Made by a program: the position numbers and the translations under genes | DNA from: Mytilus trossulus | Taxonomy: Eukaryota | Assembly: GCF_036588685.1 (NCBI RefSeq) | Contig: NC_086373.1 | Location: 68,386,001 to 68,450,000, forward strand | Direction: 5' to 3' | DNA: 64,000 bases | The notes under the pieces: generated by a model | Databases searched by the model: none | What the model was told of the DNA's origin: nothing | What the model saw: only the letters and a program-made list of their open reading frames with translations | In this document: positions 1 through 14,104 of the stretch, piece by piece | Layout: each line of letters begins with the position of its first letter | Numbering within the stretch: the stretch's first letter is position 1

Positions 1-575
1 TTTATAGTCATAAACCTTGTGTTTAAATTTCATAGATTTCTATTTACTTATACTAACGCTATGGTGCGAAAACCAAGAAAAATGCTTATTTGGGTCCCTT
101 TTTGGCCCCTAATTCCTAAACTGTTGGGACCAAAACTCCCAAAATCAATACCAACCTTCCTTTTGTGGTCATAAACATTGTGTTTCAATTTCATTGATTT
201 CTATTTACTTTAACTAAAGTTATTGTGCGAAAACCAAGAATAATGCTTATTTGGGCCCTTTTTTGGCCCTTAATTCCTAAACTGTTGAAAATAAAACTCC
301 CAAAATCAATCCCAACCTTTATTTTGTGGTTATCAACCTTGTGTCAAAATTTCATAGATTTCTATTAACTTAAACTAAAGTTATAGTGCGAAAACCAAGA
401 AAATGCTTATTTGGGCCCTTTTTGGCCCTTAATTCCTAAAATGTTGGGACCAAAACTCCCAAAATCAATACCAGCCTTCCTTTTATGGTCATAAACCTTG
501 TGTTAAAATTTCATAGATTTCTATTCACTTTTACTAAAGTTAGAGTGCGAAAACTAAAAGTATTCGGACGACGAC

Positions 576-606
<31 letters not shown>

Positions 607-1653
607 CCAACGTGATAGCAATATACGACGAAATTTTTTTCAAAATTTGCGGTCGTATAAAAATGAGGAATCTACATACACAGTTAGATTTGGCATATCA
701 AAGAACCCCATTTATTCAATTTTTAATGAAATCAAACAAAGTTTAATTTTGGACCCCGATTTGGACCAACTTGAAAACTGGGCCAATAATCAAGAATCTA
801 AATACATTTTTAGATTCAGCATATCAAAGAACCCAACCGATTAATTTTTTGTCAAAATCAAACTAAGTTTAATTTTGGACCCTTTGGACCTTAATGTAGA
901 CCAATTTGAAAATGGACCAAAAATTAAGAATCTACATACACAGTTAGATTCCGCATATCAAAGAACCCCAATTATTCAATTCTTGATGAAATCAAACAAA
1001 GTTTAATTTTGGACCCTTTGGGCCCCTTTTTCCTAAACTGTTAGGACCAAAACTCCCAAAATCAATACCAACCTTCCTTTTATGGTCATAAACCTTGTGT
1101 TTAAATTTCATAGATTTCTATTTACTTGTACTAAAGTTATGGTGCGAAAACCAAGAAAAATGCTTATTTGGGTCCCTTTTTGGCCCCTAATTCCTAAACT
1201 GTTGGGACCTAAACTCCCAAAATCAATACCAACCTTCCTTTTGTGGTCATAAACATTGTGTATAAATTTCATTGATTTCTATTAACTTAAACTAAAGTTA
1301 TTGTGCGAAAACCAAGAATAATGCTTATTTGGGCCCTTTTCTGGCCCCTAATTCCTAAACTGTTGAAACCAAAACTCACATAATCAATCCCAACCTTTCT
1401 TTTGTGGTCATAAACCTTTTGTCAAAATTTCATAGATTTCTATTAACTTAAACTAAAGTTATAGCGCGAAAACCAAGAAAATGCTTATTTGGGCCCTTTT
1501 TGGCCCCTAATTCCTAAAATGTTTGGACCAAAACTCCCAAAATCAATACCAACCTTCCTTTTGTGGTCATAAACCTTGTGTTAAAATTTCATAGATTTCT
1601 TTTCACTTTTACTAAAGTTAGAGTGCGAAAACTAAAAGTATTCGGACGACGAA

Positions 1654-1685
<32 letters not shown>

Positions 1686-1740
1686 CAACGTGATAGCAAT
1701 ATACGACGAAAATTTTTTCAAAATTTGCGGTCGTATAAAA
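1..1740 (-). mobile_element. Helentron/HINE-like non-autonomous element with ~130-bp tandem core repeats and (GAC)n; two copies of the same terminus (ending ~660 and ~1740)
   Basis: Near-identical to 26460-27551. Contains tandem AAAACTCCCAAAATCAAT...TTTCATAGATTTCTAT units, a (GAC)n tract and the terminal stem-loop ATACGACGAAA...TTTGCGGTCGTATAA, present twice. Confidence 0.8.
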
Positions 1741-3273
1741 ATCAGAAGAATATTTACAAAGAAAGGCCACTAAAAAAATAATAAACTACTATTTTGTATG
1801 TTGTGCTTAACTTTCTTATTTATGCAAATGTTGTAATATGTAGTGCTTTGAAAACGAATACCACTTTTTATTAGGATGCCCTGCCTATAGATCAATTGGG
1901 CCTATATATTTGCCAAAATTCTATTGTTCTTGGCCAAACATTACTAAATTACAGTTTTATTTAAAGTAATGTCTGTTTTACATATTAAAAAATTGTGTAA
2001 TTACATAAAATCTGCGTTGTCAATCAGATCACATATTGTTACTTAAAGTTATTTGTTTTCTTTTAATGATTTATACACATTGATCTCTGTTGTGATGTTG
2101 TAAATATGTTTTTGTTGCTATAACATATATATATGCTTTTTGCAACAAAGTATTCATTCATATTTAGAACAATAGCCATGTCACAATGTGTTTGATCGGC
2201 TTGAACAGAAGGAACAAGTTTAAAACTATCAACCCAACATTGATTGTTAATACTAAGTTTCATTTCAACTGATAAAGAGATTTTTGAGAAAAATTTTTTT
2301 TGGGAATTTACAGAAGAAGGCAATTTCTCTTTGCATTAATGACCATATGGACCAGATGACGTAAAAAATATATAAAATACCAACAATTTTTTACACAGCA
2401 TACAAACTCGAGGAACAAATCTGATCTTTTTTTAAGTTCTTACAATCAGCTGATTCGTATTTCTGAGTTCAAGTTTACTGAGGAAAAAAATATGTTATTT
2501 GTCCTAACTGTGTTAACTTCAGGTGCAATTTACACTTCCTACACTTAATGATTATATTTATTTATTATACAATCTTGTATTACCATTAGATAATACCAGT
2601 AAACACAACCCTATTATTATTACATTTTATCTTACTAGTTAAAACAGATGTCAGCATTAGGTTCGGCTACTGAAAATATTTACATCTTAAAAGAAATAAA
2701 GATAATCGTAAGTGAATACTATACTTGTGGGAATGATGCATTATTTTTTCTGCATTTTTCTAGAAATTCCAACCATAAGATTTTTTTGATTTTTTTAATA
2801 AATTACTTGTAATAAAAATTTACATTAAATGCACAAGGTAAATTATTAATTCAAGTCACCTTTCTTGCTTTAATGACTTGAAGAAAAGCTTATTTTAGCC
2901 TGTATGAATATCTAGGTGTGTATGTCTGTGGGTGTACTTTATATTGCTGAGCAACTTAGATCAAGCTTGAAAGCAAGTATAGGGTTCAAAATATTGAGGT
3001 ATTCTGCAGAATTTTATGCAGACAAGTACATGTAACAAGCAATTTTAAATGAGGGAAGGATGTGCCAACTTGAAGAGGTCAGGGAAAATGTGATAGTCAT
3101 GCAGCAGTGACACATATGGAAATACAAATTAATGTAAACCATTCTGTCTTCTATATTTTAAAAGTGGAATATGGTTTCATAAATCTATTGCTAGAAGTTG
3201 ACTAATCAGTAAAAGAGGGCTACAGCTTTGCTACTGAAATGCACAATTTTCAAATACAACACACCAATACAGA

Positions 3274-3864
3274 AAAGGAGTAGGTCCGGTAAGAGCTGAT
3301 TTTGGCCCCAAATTTCAGGTTCATCTGACAAAAGATTTTGACCACTTTTTAAACACTTAAGTGTCAATTTTATTTGAATTAATTAGTTTATGTGAAAGAT
3401 TATAACTGATTTAATCATAAAAAGGCACCGATTCAAGCTGAAATATGAAAAAACTACCAAATATGTTGAAAAATGTCACTTTTCAGATGGTTTTTGTCAA
3501 AAATGAAAGTGGCCGCATCCGTGTTCATCCTCAACCTTTATATATGTTATTTATTATCATAAAATACAACTTACATTCCAATATTAAGGATGAACATGAA
3601 TGCGACCACTTTCGTTTTACACAAAACCGTCTAAAATTTAACTAAAATGACAGAATTGTGAAGATTTCAGTAATTTAGCATGACTTAATGGTGCTAGTAC
3701 CCGATATATGCAATATTTGCGCATTGTACAGTAAAAAACAGCCCATATTTATGTAGCAGAAGCATTTTACTGTCCAATAAATAACTAAAAGTTTTCATTT
3801 TAACAATTTTGTAAAACTGCTATATTTTGGGGCCAAAAAGGGGTCTTACTGGACCTACTCCTTT
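3274..3864. mobile_element. MITE / non-autonomous DNA transposon
   Basis: TIRs AAAGGAGTAGGTCCGGTAAGA...TCTTACTGGACCTACTCCTTT and an internal inverted repeat. A second copy lies at 62562-63133. Confidence 0.85.
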
Positions 3865-6495
3865 AGATTACTTCTACCTAAATTTTGATCAAGTATACCA
3901 CTGAGATCAATAAATCAGACAAATAATTTCAAACAAGAAGTCTGTAACATAATATATTTTGAAAACTGAGCACATGCAAAAATTTATTAATTAATCATGA
4001 CACAGTATTTGTATCAGTATCTAATAACATAAAATATTAATATCAGAAAGTACATTTAAACAAAAGTTTATAGATGGTTGATCTCTTTAGTTGATGCAGA
4101 AATTTGCATGTTCGTGGTTTCAATTTTAAGTATCAACATGATAATATTGTATTTCATAATGATACTTTAAAATTATTACTTCTATAGTTCAAATTAGTTT
4201 TAGGTACACTGACTCAAAACTGAAAGTTAACCTGACAATTGGTGTAAACTGTGGCGTTAGGGTGGATCCAAATTTTTACACCACTGAGCAAAACATTAAT
4301 TATTTTCATCCTAACATCTGTGATACTTATTTGTAACTTGCTGCAATTAGTAGTTATTTACTAATCATACATACCTAACACATTAAACAATGTCTGATAG
4401 GATTTACCAAGCACATTCATTCATTTTCCTTGTGTCAATATGTATTTAGAGGAATGTAAGAGAAAATATTAACAACTGCTTAAGAAGGTTGATGTTTTAG
4501 TTCAATAGGATTTAGGTGGTAAAATATTAACCCTAGAAAAAGATTTGTGGAATGTTTGATCTAAAGCGAAAAAATCTAAACAAACAAGAAAATAAGTAAA
4601 AACTGAGTTGAAATCATAAAATTCAACATTGTTTATAAAGAAAAGATATTTAGGATGTAAGAACTGAAGAAAAATCTAAACAAACAAGAAAATAAATAAA
4701 TCAACCTTCAGTTGGAATTCATAAATACAATATGGTTTACACATCAACTTTCTTACAATAAGAAAAAAAAACATGTTACAGTAAATAAATTGTATTACGA
4801 GCAATAAAGAGAAAGGGCGTGGGGTAAATATTGAACTATAGTTTTATTTTGTGTTCCATAATTAAGACTCTTTGACCTGGACATTAATTTGATTGTCTGA
4901 ATTGAAAATCATTTAAAAAAAAATTATGGTTTATTTTGACATGTTCAATTCTAAAAGGAGAAACCGTTTAAACTGTTTGTAAGTTTGCTCTCGAGTTTAT
5001 CATCCAAGTGGTTTCATACCGGCTAACTTTTCAAAATCCAAACAGGAATTTTAATGCAAGAGGACCTCTTACATCATCATAATTGTTTTTTTTATTAAAT
5101 CTAATTATATACTATTTGGATGAAAATGTATGTGCTTAAATACCCTTTTAACCCATTTGAATGCCTATGTTGAGGTGTTTAGTTCATATAATAAGAATAT
5201 CAAAAGTCAAGGTCAACACCTCTCATGAGGAAAATCATCCATAAATCATTGGCAGGTCTGTGGTTTTTATATGGATCAGGATTACAACTAAATAAAATTG
5301 AGAAAGGAAATGGGGAATGTGTCAAAGGGACAACAACCCGATCATAGAGCAGACAACAGCTGAAGGCCACCAATGGGTCTTCAATGTAGCGAGAAACTCC
5401 CGCACTCGTAGGTGTCCTCAGGCTGGACCCTTAAAAAATATGTATACTAGTACAGTGATAATGGACGTCATACTAAACACAAGAAACTAAAATCAAAAAT
5501 CATACAAGACTAACAAAGTCAAAGAAGCTTTTACTTCCATATGGATTATGCTGGTGTTTTGGGATCAAATAAACATTTTAGAACTTTATGATAAGTGAAT
5601 AACAGCCAATTCCCTGGTGGTAACAACATAAGCCCACATAATGAAACCAGTATTTCATTCCATAAGGGTTATGCCATTCTATGTTTATGTACATAAACAA
5701 CAATCTATTCTTATTTTCTTATTACAAAAATTGAATCCAAGCTGACATTTTCTCTTAACTTTGTAATCCAACTGAACAGTAAATTGTATAATAAATTTTA
5801 TTATGTAATTTCAAAAAGCACCAAGACATGCACCAAAATAGTTTCCAGACATCTGAGAGTTATGTTTGCATTTGGTGATAGTTTTCTGATTAAATGGTTA
5901 TTTTGCCAAGCAATGGAAGAAGATGAATATTTCTCCTAAAGTGATATCCAAATAACAAAGCTTTGAAGAATTGGAATCAATAACATTATGACACAACAAG
6001 TATTACAAAACAGATGTTTGATGGACACAAATGTTAAGGGAAGCACTTAATTTGAATATCAATTAATTCAACTACAATTCAATTGTACAAAAATGTATCT
6101 ATTTACAATTCCTATGGCTATTCAAGCAATAACTATACTACAAATTCAAGTTTTGTTACAATATGACAATCAAAACATGAACATCTAATTTGTAAACATG
6201 TACATCTAAATTTCATAATTCTGAAAAGTTATGACAACTGTAAACAATTGAAGACAAAAGTGATTATCTTAATACATGTACAGGTTTTGCTCATTGCTGA
6301 AGTATGTTCAGTTACATATAGTTGTTTTAATCCACATCATTTCAACTCTAATGAATAGTTGTCTCATTGGCAATCATGCATACCACATCTCCTTATCTTG
6401 TCTTGATTTTCATATTTTTTGTCATAGTGAACACTAGCCCAACCTACAATGAAGTAGGGAGTCATTAAAATCGACAGAGAGGAGAGGGTACTTAC

Positions 6496-6639
6496 TTCAG
6501 CTTTAAGGGTCTTCTCCCTACTACTGGATACAGCATCTTTATCCTTTCTATCATAGTGAATACTTCCTTCTTCTTGTAGGGTCATTAATCTATCCTCTAA
6601 ACTCTGAACCTCTTTCTCTAATGCTGAGATTCTAGAATC
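6496..6639 (-). CDS. ERC1: ERC/ELKS/CAST coding exon 4 (DSRISALEKEVQSLEDRLMTLQEEG...KTLKAE)
   Basis: AG acceptor at 6640-41, GTAAGT donor at 6495, 144 nt phase 0. Resembles the human ERC1 segment DSKISSMERGLRDLEEEIQMLK. Confidence 0.85.
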
Positions 6640-6740
6640 CTAAAATAAGGCAACAAATGTGAAGCTCTTTTAAAGTACCATATTGAAAAATTCTAAGTAT
6701 CGCCAAACATGAAGTAGATGTGACCATGTCTTACAGATAT

Positions 6741-7509
6741 AACTAGTTGCTCTAAAGAGCCTGTGTCGCTCACCTTGGTCTATGCAAATATTAAACAAAG
6801 GAAGCAGATGGATTCATGACAAAATTGTGTTTTGGTGATGGTGATGTGTTTGTACATCTTACTTTACTGAATATTCTTGCTGCTTACAATTATCTCTATC
6901 TATAATGAACTTGGCCCAGTAGTTTCAGTGGAAAATGTTAGTAAAAATTTACAAATTTTACGAAAATTGAAATTGACTATAAAGGACAATAGCTCCTTAG
7001 GGGGTCAATTGACCATTTCAGTCATATTGACTTATTTGTAAATCTTACTTTTCTGAACATTATTGCTGTTTACAGTTTATCTCTATCTTTAATAGTATTC
7101 AAGATAATAAACAAAAACAGCAAAATTTCCTTAAAATTACCAATTCAGGGGCAGCAACCCCAAAACGGGTTGTCATATTCATCTGAAAATTTCAGTGCAG
7201 ATAGATCTTGACCTGATTAACATTTTAACCCCACGTCAGATTTGCTCTTAATGCTTTGGTTTTTGAGTTATAAGCCAAAAACGCATTTTACCCCTATGTT
7301 CTATTTTTAGCCATGACGGCCATCTTGGTTGGTTGACCGGGTCACCGGACACATTTTTTAAACAAGATACCCCAATGATAATTGTGGCCAAGTTTGTTAA
7401 AATTTGGCCTGGTAGTGTCAGAGGAGAAGATTTTTGTAAAAGTTAGCGACGCCAGACGCCTTGTGGTGGGAAAAGCTCACTTGGCCCTTTGGGCCAGGTG
7501 AGCTAAAAA
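6741..7509 (-). mobile_element. Short Helentron/HINE-like element (second family)
   Basis: One end is AACTAG plus the hairpin GCTCTAAAGAGC and subTIR GCTCACCT. The other end is the stem-loop AGCTCACTTGGCCCTTTGGGCCAGGTGAGCT. A degenerate inverted relative lies at 60875-61886. Confidence 0.7.
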
Positions 7510-8267
7510 GGCTCACACAATACAATTTATCACTGTCAAGCTGCTGCCAAATACGAAGTCGTGCTAAAAAAGAAGTTCTTGGGAAAAGAGTGGTCGAAAT
7601 GTTTGTTTGACAATCTGACAATTGGACAAACAAAGGTGAATGCCATATGGTTCTTGAGTTTACCTATAATTTTGATAATAATGGCGGCAGTTATTTTTTC
7701 ATTACACCTTTCAAGAGTTCTAGAGTGCAGTAAAATATTTTTTATGAGCTGAGCAATATAAAATATCTTTTAGTTCCAATTGGACTACAAAATCATATGA
7801 AAAGAAAATCAATTTTGTTTGGCCTACAAGATTTTCCTCAATTTACTCATTTCTTCAAATCAAAATGCTTTGAAATTTTTGACAATATTTCAAAACTGCT
7901 TCAATAGAAGATGTTTCATGCAATAATCAAAATTATGCATGGTATTCTTTCTGTAAATAAACAATATATAAAGTACATGTAACAACTGGCTAAATGCCCA
8001 ACTATATTTATTGAATCCATTATCATCTCATCTCTTTATCACAATAAACACTGCCAAGTTCAATACCAAACTGAAATGTGAGTCTCTGAAGATACAAAGA
8101 TCAATCCTACACTTTTAGAGAACATTTTACAATGTTTAATACTAGCAATGTTTCATGCCCCACTTAATTAGGTTATAAAAATGGACACCAGATATCACAG
8201 GGAAATGATTTATACAATTCCAGGTAATTTCCTCAATTATTTTCTCATTAACAGGTATATAGATTAC

Positions 8268-8366
8268 CTTGGCTTCTAAGATAGCCTGCATAGTATGGGT
8301 ACTGGAAGGTTGCTGTTTTAATTGAAGTTTACTGTGTTTCAATTCATCTGACAGTTTACTGTTTTC
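8268..8366 (-). CDS. ERC1: ERC/ELKS/CAST coding exon 3 (ENSKLSDELKHSKLQLKQQPSSTHTMQAILEAK)
   Basis: TTTTACAG acceptor, GTAATC donor, 99 nt phase 0. The end MQAILEAK matches ERC1 LQTVIEMK and joins exons 2 and 4 in frame. Confidence 0.85.
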
Positions 8367-11014
8367 CTGTAAAACAATTTATAGAAATAGTCATCATTTA
8401 TACTATACGTTACTGGTAAAAAAATGAATAAAAGATAAGACATTAAATTATTATCTTCTTTAATCTTGTTTATTAAAAAAGCATCATTTTTTTCTTGCAA
8501 TGTTGTCTCTTTTTTTTTAAAGGACAAGGTTTTGAAGTTTGTATTGTTTTTATCTTATAGAAGTTATGTTAGGTCTTCTTTTTTCTGGTTGAGAATTAAA
8601 TTGCAGGGAACATAGGGATGCTCAACATTTAATTTATATACTATGGCCTAAAGCTGCCAATAATCCTGTTAATAGCTCCTATGTTAGAACAACAACTACT
8701 CCATTCTCAAGTATGATTATCAAACACAACATACACAGATGCTTTACAACTTTTTTGTACTTTGGTACAACTCTCTCTTCCAGTCAGTGGCATCTTTGAA
8801 GAGAATGTTATTGAGAGAAGACTTTTTACTGTTTGCTATAATTATTTCATTTTCAGGTGTTTATTGATGTTTGTTCTCGTATTTGATGTGAATTTTTTCA
8901 ATGTACAATTCATCAACAATTTGAAGACAGTTCTGACTTTACATTACAATTGATATAAACATTTATAAAGGGGCGATGCTTTATTCAGTTATGCAATAGG
9001 ATATTACTTTTCACACTTAAGATTTTCGTTCCCTTTCAAGTAATATTCTACAAAGAAAAGTAGATGTGCTAAAAAGGTTGATCTGTCTAATTGATATCAC
9101 CAAACAAGAGGCTCCAAAGAGCATAAAATCATTCACATGAATTTGTTTGTTTGAAACAAATTATCATTAGAATCATGTGGTTTGAGTCTTCTATCATAAA
9201 TCCTTTAAGATTTCATAACATTGAGTCTTGTACAGTAGATTTACAAGAGGAAGTAAATGAAACCTGGAAAAGCAGAATCAATGTTTGTCTCTCTGGTCCT
9301 ATTTTGGAAGGACCAGTATTGATTGTTTATTTCAAACTAATTTAGTGATCTCCAAGAAGTTGATTTTTTTTCATAGGGATGTGCTAGCATTGTTGCTATG
9401 TCAACTTGGCTCATGCATAGCTTGGAGAAAATCATTAATCCTTGAACTTTTGAGTTGGCAATCTTTATTATAATCAGCCCACTGAACCAATAAGGTCTTG
9501 TTCTATCCAAGAGGTATTCTCATGCTTAATTTGGTGTTGATAGAGCAAATGTTTCAAGAGATTGCCAGATATCAAAACTTTTTTCTAATTTTAGTTTATC
9601 ATTTGCTGCTGTGACCTTGACTTTTTTACCTTGTGACAGGTTTTTAATATTGGGCCTATCAAAAGTGGCTTTTTGAAGATGATTGTTTATTTATGGCTTA
9701 AAAGATCTTGTTAATAATTGAAATGTTCACACTACATTCCAATTTATATAAAAATATGAATTCTCTGATTAAAAACGTTTCACAAGATTTATTACCACAA
9801 TTCCTAAGAAGTGTTTAAAAATTACTTAGTCTAATTTATCCATTCCTCAATGATCTATTAATCAATTGCAAGGAAATCATAAGTATAAAGTAAAGAGATT
9901 ATGATGTAACCATTATAGAAAAAAAAATATGCATATTGCATCTTGTTGGAATTATGTGGGATATTTGTGCAATATCATGGTAACTGAAATATCTTAGTAA
10001 CTCATTCAACAGATACAATAATGGGATCATTACTTTGAAAGCATATATACATGTACACCAACCCTATGTTTATTGCTAAACAAAATGCACATACAGAGTT
10101 CTTAAAATATCAAATTCTAGTACCATGGTACTTAAATTAAGACACAGAGAGGTGTGTAATGATAGATCTCTATTTAAGGAAACTTCAGATGCAATGGTAG
10201 CATGTCGCAGAGCATTATAATTTTTAAAGAAAAGCAACAAAAAGTGTGACATTGACTTTGTACTTCTGTAGTAGGTATAGAAATAAACAATACATTATAC
10301 TATATAGGTATAATGTGACATGATGACAGCAAGTGTCTGTTAATTAGGTCAACAAGAAAATATATTGTATCCTTCAGAATAGTGAAGGTGATGGCACTCA
10401 CAGTCATAAATTATGTCTTTCAGTTTAAGGATACAATTATAATAAATTTTGTCCTTCTGGAATATTTTCCAGAAATTTGAATTTTAGCCAACACCAAACC
10501 ATTGTCACCATTTTAAAGAGCAGTGTCAAGGGATAACAGCAATACCTTTTATAGCTCACCATACATTTTTCATGACAGTCAATAACATATTATGGATTTT
10601 GCTTAACTTTAGTTATTTTTGCTATTTTAGTATTTTAATGACATGACTGAAAATGAATAAAATAATATGATAGCTATGCATTATTCAAATATTGTTGCAT
10701 ATTATATATATATATATACAAGTCTGAGGGAAAGTATTACAAAACAGCATTTCAATCAGCCAGAAAGTTTAATTTGATTTTCGCTTACAGAATTCTAAGA
10801 TGCAAAATTTAATCAAGTAGAGAAATAATCAATAACATTCTTTCCTTAATAAATAAATTAAATTTCAAAGTAGTACTGGTAAATATAAGATCATAGCACT
10901 TTTATTTCAATATATATTAAACCAGTTTATTTTACAAATTGAATCAGCATAAAATTGAGAATTTCAATACTTGTTACATTGATAAGCCATCTCTTAACTT
11001 AAAAAAAAGCTAAG

Positions 11015-11350
11015 GATCCCGCTAACATGTTTAACCCCGCCACATTATTGATGTATGTGCCTGTCCCAAGTCATGAGCCTGTAATTCAGTGGTTGTCGTT
11101 GGTTTATGTGTTACATATTTGTTTTTCATTCATTTATTTACATAAATAAGGCCGTTAGTTTTCTCTTTTGAATTGTTCAATTGTTTAACATTGTCTTATC
11201 AGGGCCTTTTATAGCTGATTATGCAATATGGGCTTTGCTCATTGTTGAAGGCCGTACAGTGACCTATAGTTGTTTATGTTTGTGTCATTTTGGTCTTTTG
11301 TAGATAGTTAATTGTTTCATTGGCAATCATACCACATCTTCTTTTTTATA
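11015..11350 (+). mobile_element. Abundant SINE-like interspersed repeat (3' part)
   Basis: Ends TTGGCAATCATACCACATCTTCTTTTTTAT. The same tail recurs at ~6280-6400, 30785-30895, 40990-41093 and inverted at 46323-46610. Confidence 0.65.
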
Positions 11351-11473
11351 AATTAAGAGATCTTTATGTCATGTTTGAATTCAAATTCTGATCTCTTGAA
11401 TTATCAATGAGCTTCCAATCAAATAAGTTATATTTTGTGTACGCTTCAAGTTTTTGGTGTATGTTTCTTTCTC

Positions 11474-11807
11474 NNNNNNNNNNNNNNNNNNNNNNNNNNN
11501 NNNNNNNNNNNNNNNNNNNNNNNNNNNNNNNNNNNNNNNNNNNNNNNNNNNNNNNNNNNNNNNNNNNNNNNNNNNNNNNNNNNNNNNNNNNNNNNNNNNN
11601 NNNNNNNNNNNNNNNNNNNNNNNNNNNNNNNNNNNNNNNNNNNNNNNNNNNNNNNNNNNNNNNNNNNNNNNNNNNNNNNNNNNNNNNNNNNNNNNNNNNN
11701 NNNNNNNNNNNNNNNNNNNNNNNNNNNNNNNNNNNNNNNNNNNNNNNNNNNNNNNNNNNNNNNNNNNNNNNNNNNNNNNNNNNNNNNNNNNNNNNNNNNN
11801 NNNNNNN
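11474..11807. other. Assembly gap (334 N)
   Basis: Run of N characters. Confidence 1.
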
Positions 11808-12698
11808 CAATTTTTTTTTTAAAGCAGGGGTATAATTACACTGTAATATCAAATTTGTTCGACCTCAAATAATCATAATTCTGAATATTCCACTCAGATA
11901 GACAATACTCTATTGTGATAAATCAAATCACTACAAAATGTACCGATATGTGCTTTATACTTGCAGGATAAAAAGAGTGGACAATATCTGTGGTCAGAAC
12001 AATACAAAGGATGGAAGGATGGACATGTATACTACAGGCTGCAAAAAAAAATCTAATATTGTGACAGAGCTTATATCCAAGCAATGATGAATAGATCTTG
12101 TTAGAAGAAATAGATTGTTGTTAGCAGCTAAATTACATCAATGTCTGAGGACACCTCTTCTAATGCCAAATGAGATAGAGGACCTAATTAGCTTGTCTGC
12201 AGTCTGTCTGTAATGAAGTATAGGCTGATATTGTTTTAACAAGGTTTTAAAGGAAATAAAATACAATTGTGGTATCAAATGCATCCCAATTGGTCTACTG
12301 CTAGATAATTTGCTGACGCAATGGCATTTTAATTTTGCTAAATTATGTAGTAAACTGTGTGTAGCTTAATTAAATAAACTTGCAATGTTTAATAAAGAAT
12401 ATGGAGTAAAAAATATGATGCAATACATATGATTGGTAACATAAATGAACAACTATAATGTTTATTTTGTAACAGTGTCCTAACTAGAGTTACTGCACTC
12501 AATACCAACAACTAAAACATTGCCTTTCAAAAGAGAAAACATCTTTATGCTTTCCAACTGATATTGTTTTAATTCCATCTGAAGAAATGTATTTGGTGCC
12601 CTTCCAAAAAAAATTATTCTGGCTGAATTTTTTTTCTCAATACATGTTTCCCCCTATTCCTTATCATCATATTTATCTATGTCTAATTCTTCACTCAC

Positions 12699-13085
12699 CT
12701 CTTTTACTTTGGACATTTCTAATTCATTCTGACTGATAGTATTTTGTAACTGTTTAATTTTTCGATCGTCCTCTAACTGTCGTGTCTGTAAATGTTCTAC
12801 TTCCTGTTGGTTATCCTCTATTTTTTGTACCGACAATCCTTTACTTTGTAACATTTCTAACAGTTTTTTCATACTCTCATCTCTAGCACTTAACGTTTGT
12901 TTTTGAGTTTCTATTCTAAGTTCCATTTCGTCAACTGTCTTTTTAAGGATAAGTATCTCTTTGTTTTGTTTATCTTTCTCTCTCTGAAGAATTTCAATTT
13001 CCTGTTGCGAGATCTTAGAACTTGCCTGGACATCTTCGTAAGATTTGGTCTGGTTTTCTAATTCATGTAGATTATCACTTTGTTT
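12699..13085 (-). CDS. ERC1: ERC/ELKS/CAST coding exon 2
   Basis: Contains the conserved ERC motif LKKTVDEMELRIETQKQTLSARDESMKKLLEMLQSKGL. TTCCAG acceptor, GTGAGT donor, 387 nt phase 0. Confidence 0.93.
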
Positions 13086-13961
13086 CTGGAAATATAAGGT
13101 AGAGAAATTATAATTTATTGAAATATAATTTATTGCATGATACAATTTTTTACCTTCAAGCCTTTTTGCTTAATTATAAATGACAAACTTTCTAACTCCT
13201 GTCAGTATGGCAACAAATATTTAATTTATTTTGAAATCAAAAATACATGTCAATACCCCACTTGCACTATCACATTTTATGTTCACTGAACTGCAAAATC
13301 TAGGTCAAGTAATCTGCAAGACACACAAATGGATCCTTGTGGAATATTTACCTAAATTGTTTCCATAATAAAAATGGATTAGGTACATGTATAGGTAGGT
13401 ATACATATTTTACATGGTCCCTATAGGGAAGTAGTTTTGGATTTTTAAAGGAGCTTTTCCAAAAATGTCCACAATATATGTTAGGACACCTAGCTATAGG
13501 CCGTATAGGGAGACAGGAAACTTAATTATATGTTTTGTTGGCCTCACTTCAACTTGATCTTAAGCTAGAAATTTTCTTATTGCCTTGGGTTACTACTGAA
13601 AGTGAATTTAATAATATTTTAATATTTTAATACAGCAGCAATTTAGATATTTATAATATATATAAAAACATTTTATATAAACATAACACTACATAAGTAA
13701 AATAATAGTTCAAAGTTCCACATGCATGTACAAAACTTCAATTAATTCTTTTAAACAAAGTGTTTTGCATTGCCACCCAAGTTCAATAACAAACATTTTA
13801 AGATTGGCAACAATTTCTCAAACATCAATCTTCTGCAAGTCAGATAAAATAGCAAACATACTAGTTTATCAAATTATCAAATAATGCTGAAAGGAAGTGT
13901 TACATGTATATTCTGAGCAATTATGTCCAGTAATGATACAATATATATCTCAAACTATATT

Positions 13962-14104
13962 CAGAGGCAGATTTAGGGGGGGGGGCCTTTTTGGGAGAAA
14001 AAAATGGTTGCTTACATAGGAAATCACTGAAGCGTGACTGAAGTGGGCCCCCTCTTAGGCAGTCAGTGGGCCCCCACTTATGAAAATTTCTAGATCCGCC
14101 ACTG
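13962..14104. mobile_element. Short MITE with CAGTGGCGGATC-type TIRs
   Basis: CAGAGGCAGATTTAG...CTAGATCCGCCACTG with a poly-G tract. A related copy lies at ~34820-34974. Confidence 0.65.

Noticed and set aside
485-1781. Arg-rich ORFs (also 27263-27565) resembling protamine-like proteins
   Set aside because: The poly-R is the translation of the (GAC)n microsatellite inside a HINE-like repeat.
1800-6400. Further ERC exons
   Set aside because: No phase-0 open segment with coiled-coil character and good splice sites was found by eye. The gene probably continues beyond the window, though a small exon could be missed.
11364-11872. Four ORFs of 122-162 aa
   Set aside because: Artefacts of the N gap.
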